From Mobula hypostoma (taxonomy: Eukaryota): a DNA stretch of 64,000 nt. A program made the translations under genes and the position numbers. Below the pieces are notes generated by a model. That model did no database searches, was not told where the DNA came from, and saw only the letters and a list, made by a program, of their open reading frames with translations. Where the stretch lies: contig NC_086097.1 of assembly GCF_963921235.1 (NCBI RefSeq), positions 120,716,001-120,780,000 of the forward strand, given 5' to 3'. This document shows, piece by piece, positions 62,320 to 64,000 of this stretch. The first letter of the stretch is position 1. The number at the start of each line of letters is the position of its first letter.

Positions 62320-63109
62320 TATAAGAACATAAAAAATAGGAGCAGGAGTAGGCCATCCAGCCCATTGACCCTGCCCCACCATTCAATAAGATCATGGCTG
62401 ATCTGTCTGTAACTCAGCTCCATCTACCTGCCTTTTCCCCATAACCCTTAATTCCCGTACTATGTAAAAACCTATCTTACTGTATCTTAAGTATATTTAG
62501 TGAAGAAGCCTCAACTGCTTCCCTGGGCAGAGAATTCCACAGATTCACCACTCTCTGGGAAAAACAATTTCTCCTCATCTCCGTCCTAAATCTTGTCCCC
62601 TGAATCTTGAGGCAATGTTCCCTAGTTCTTGTCTCACCTACCAATGGAAACAACTTTTCTACTTCCAGATGACTTATCCACCTTCAGACCTTTAAGTTTC
62701 CCAAGAACCTTCTCCCTAGTAATGGTAACGTCACACCCTTCATGACCCCTGACAGCTGGAACTTCCAACATACTGTTAGTGTCTTCCTCAGGGAAGACTG
62801 ATGCAAAATGCTTATTCAGTTCATCTGCCATTTTCTTGATCCCCATTACTACCTCTCCAGCATCATTTTCCAATAGTCATAACTATTCTTACCTCTCTTT
62901 TACACTTTATGTATCTGAAGAAACTTTTGGTATCCTCTGTAAAATTATTGGCTAACTTACTTTTGTGTTCCATCTTTAACTTCTTAATGACTCTTTTAGT
63001 TCCCTTCTGTTGGTATTCATAAGTGTTATGTACCCCTAGGGGTCATATTTTTTATGAACTATACCTTTAAAAAGAGAGAGAGTTGTTTCAACACAAGCAC
63101 CTTGTTATT

Positions 63110-63156
<47 letters not shown>

Positions 63157-63709
63157 GAAGACTGCTTTGGAGATGTTGTTATGGTTTCTCTGCAGCATGT
63201 TTACACTTTGCAAGGACACTGTCAGCTTCTGTGTTCTTACAGAGAAAGAAGGGAGGAGCCGCTTGATGGACAGATGGTGTTCAGCACGGGGAGATAAGTA
63301 GAAGGTCAGATGATAGACTCACAGACACATGGTTTTGGACACCGAATGAGTTTTGTTGTGCCCAGAGAAAAGATAAGTTTTTGGGGGTTTGACCAGGCAA
63401 ATTGATCAGTGGCCCTCGCAGTGTGAAAAGGGTGTGACCGGTGGGGAGTTATTCGTGTGTCCAACCCTTGCCTGGGTTGATAATTCCACCACAGAAGAAT
63501 GGTCCCCTTTGTTGTGGTCACAGTCAGTGACTTCTAAAGGATTTTGGAGAACAATGGGAAGATCGACATCAGCAGCTCACCTGAAGACTCAAATCTCTCT
63601 CTCTCCATCATTCCTCAATTCAATACCACAAACTGAACTGAACTTTACTCATCGTCATAAGATTATCTATTTACCCCTAGACATGAAGAAGCTTGGTTTT
63701 CATATATTT

Positions 63710-63744
<35 letters not shown>

Positions 63745-64000
63745 CATTGCTAACTTGCTTGATTTATCTGCATTTATATTACTGTATTGTGTAGTTACTA
63801 ATAAGTACCATTAGTTAATAGCAATACTGGACTCCAAAGTGGTTTCCATTTCTGCTGGATCTTTAACCCGTCATGGGGTACAAGACATAAGCTACCCAAT
63901 TCTTTAACTTCCCATTAATTTTTGTTTCATTATACGCCCTCTCTTTGGCTTTTATGCTGGCTTTGACTTCTCGTTAGCCACAGCTATGTCATCTTTCCTT
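62320..64000 (-). mobile_element. CR1 LINE: pre-RT region joined directly to the 3' end; runs off the window
   Basis: KMADELNKHFASVF..KLKGLKVDKS then at about 62668 KLFPLVGETR..FFSQRVVNLWNSLP and tail. Confidence 0.82.
63024..63887 (+). mobile_element. Solo LTR (864 bp) with (AG)n and (TA)n tracts
   Basis: tgttatg..caagaca ends; 4-bp TSD TAAG at 63020-63023 and 63888-63891; 3' end similar to LTR 39348-40251. Confidence 0.9.

Noticed and set aside
63083..63814. ORFs with ERERER and IYIYIY runs
   Set aside because: Translation of (AG)n and (TA)n microsatellites inside a solo LTR
1..64000. Prokaryotic-style systems (operons, CRISPR arrays, defence islands)
   Set aside because: No gene-dense coding DNA and no regularly spaced repeat-spacer array; the sequence is vertebrate repeat-rich DNA

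Overview
This is eukaryotic, repeat-saturated intronic or intergenic DNA. The repeat mix (CR1 LINEs with SGNH-esterase ORF1, HE1/V-type SINEs, Rex1/Babar-type LINEs) suggests a cartilaginous fish, probably a ray; this is inference, not a database result. No host protein-coding gene can be supported. The long, recognisable ORFs in the track are retroelement or transposase fragments or their antisense shadows, and only one weak 61-nt candidate exon was found. By eye most of the window is nested mobile DNA: many CR1 and Rex1/Babar LINE pieces, a Gypsy remnant, three solo LTRs with 4-bp TSDs, a hAT MITE with an 8-bp TSD, two Tc1 derivatives, several SINE families and Penelope-like elements (PLEs). 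The most interesting signal is RNA-level. PLE pseudo-LTRs carry minimal type-I hammerhead ribozyme motifs, with an intact one at 31663-31700. One 331-bp coding-free insertion (49767-50097, 10-bp TSD) is a 143-bp-arm foldback carrying one hammerhead on each strand. Other notable items are a possible decayed twister/HDV-like motif in an RTE-type leader, two CR1 copies lacking the whole RT domain but keeping the 3' end, and short locally templated duplications. Boundaries without a stated TSD or TIR are approximate (+/- 10-40 nt), and family names come from remembered motifs, not searches.
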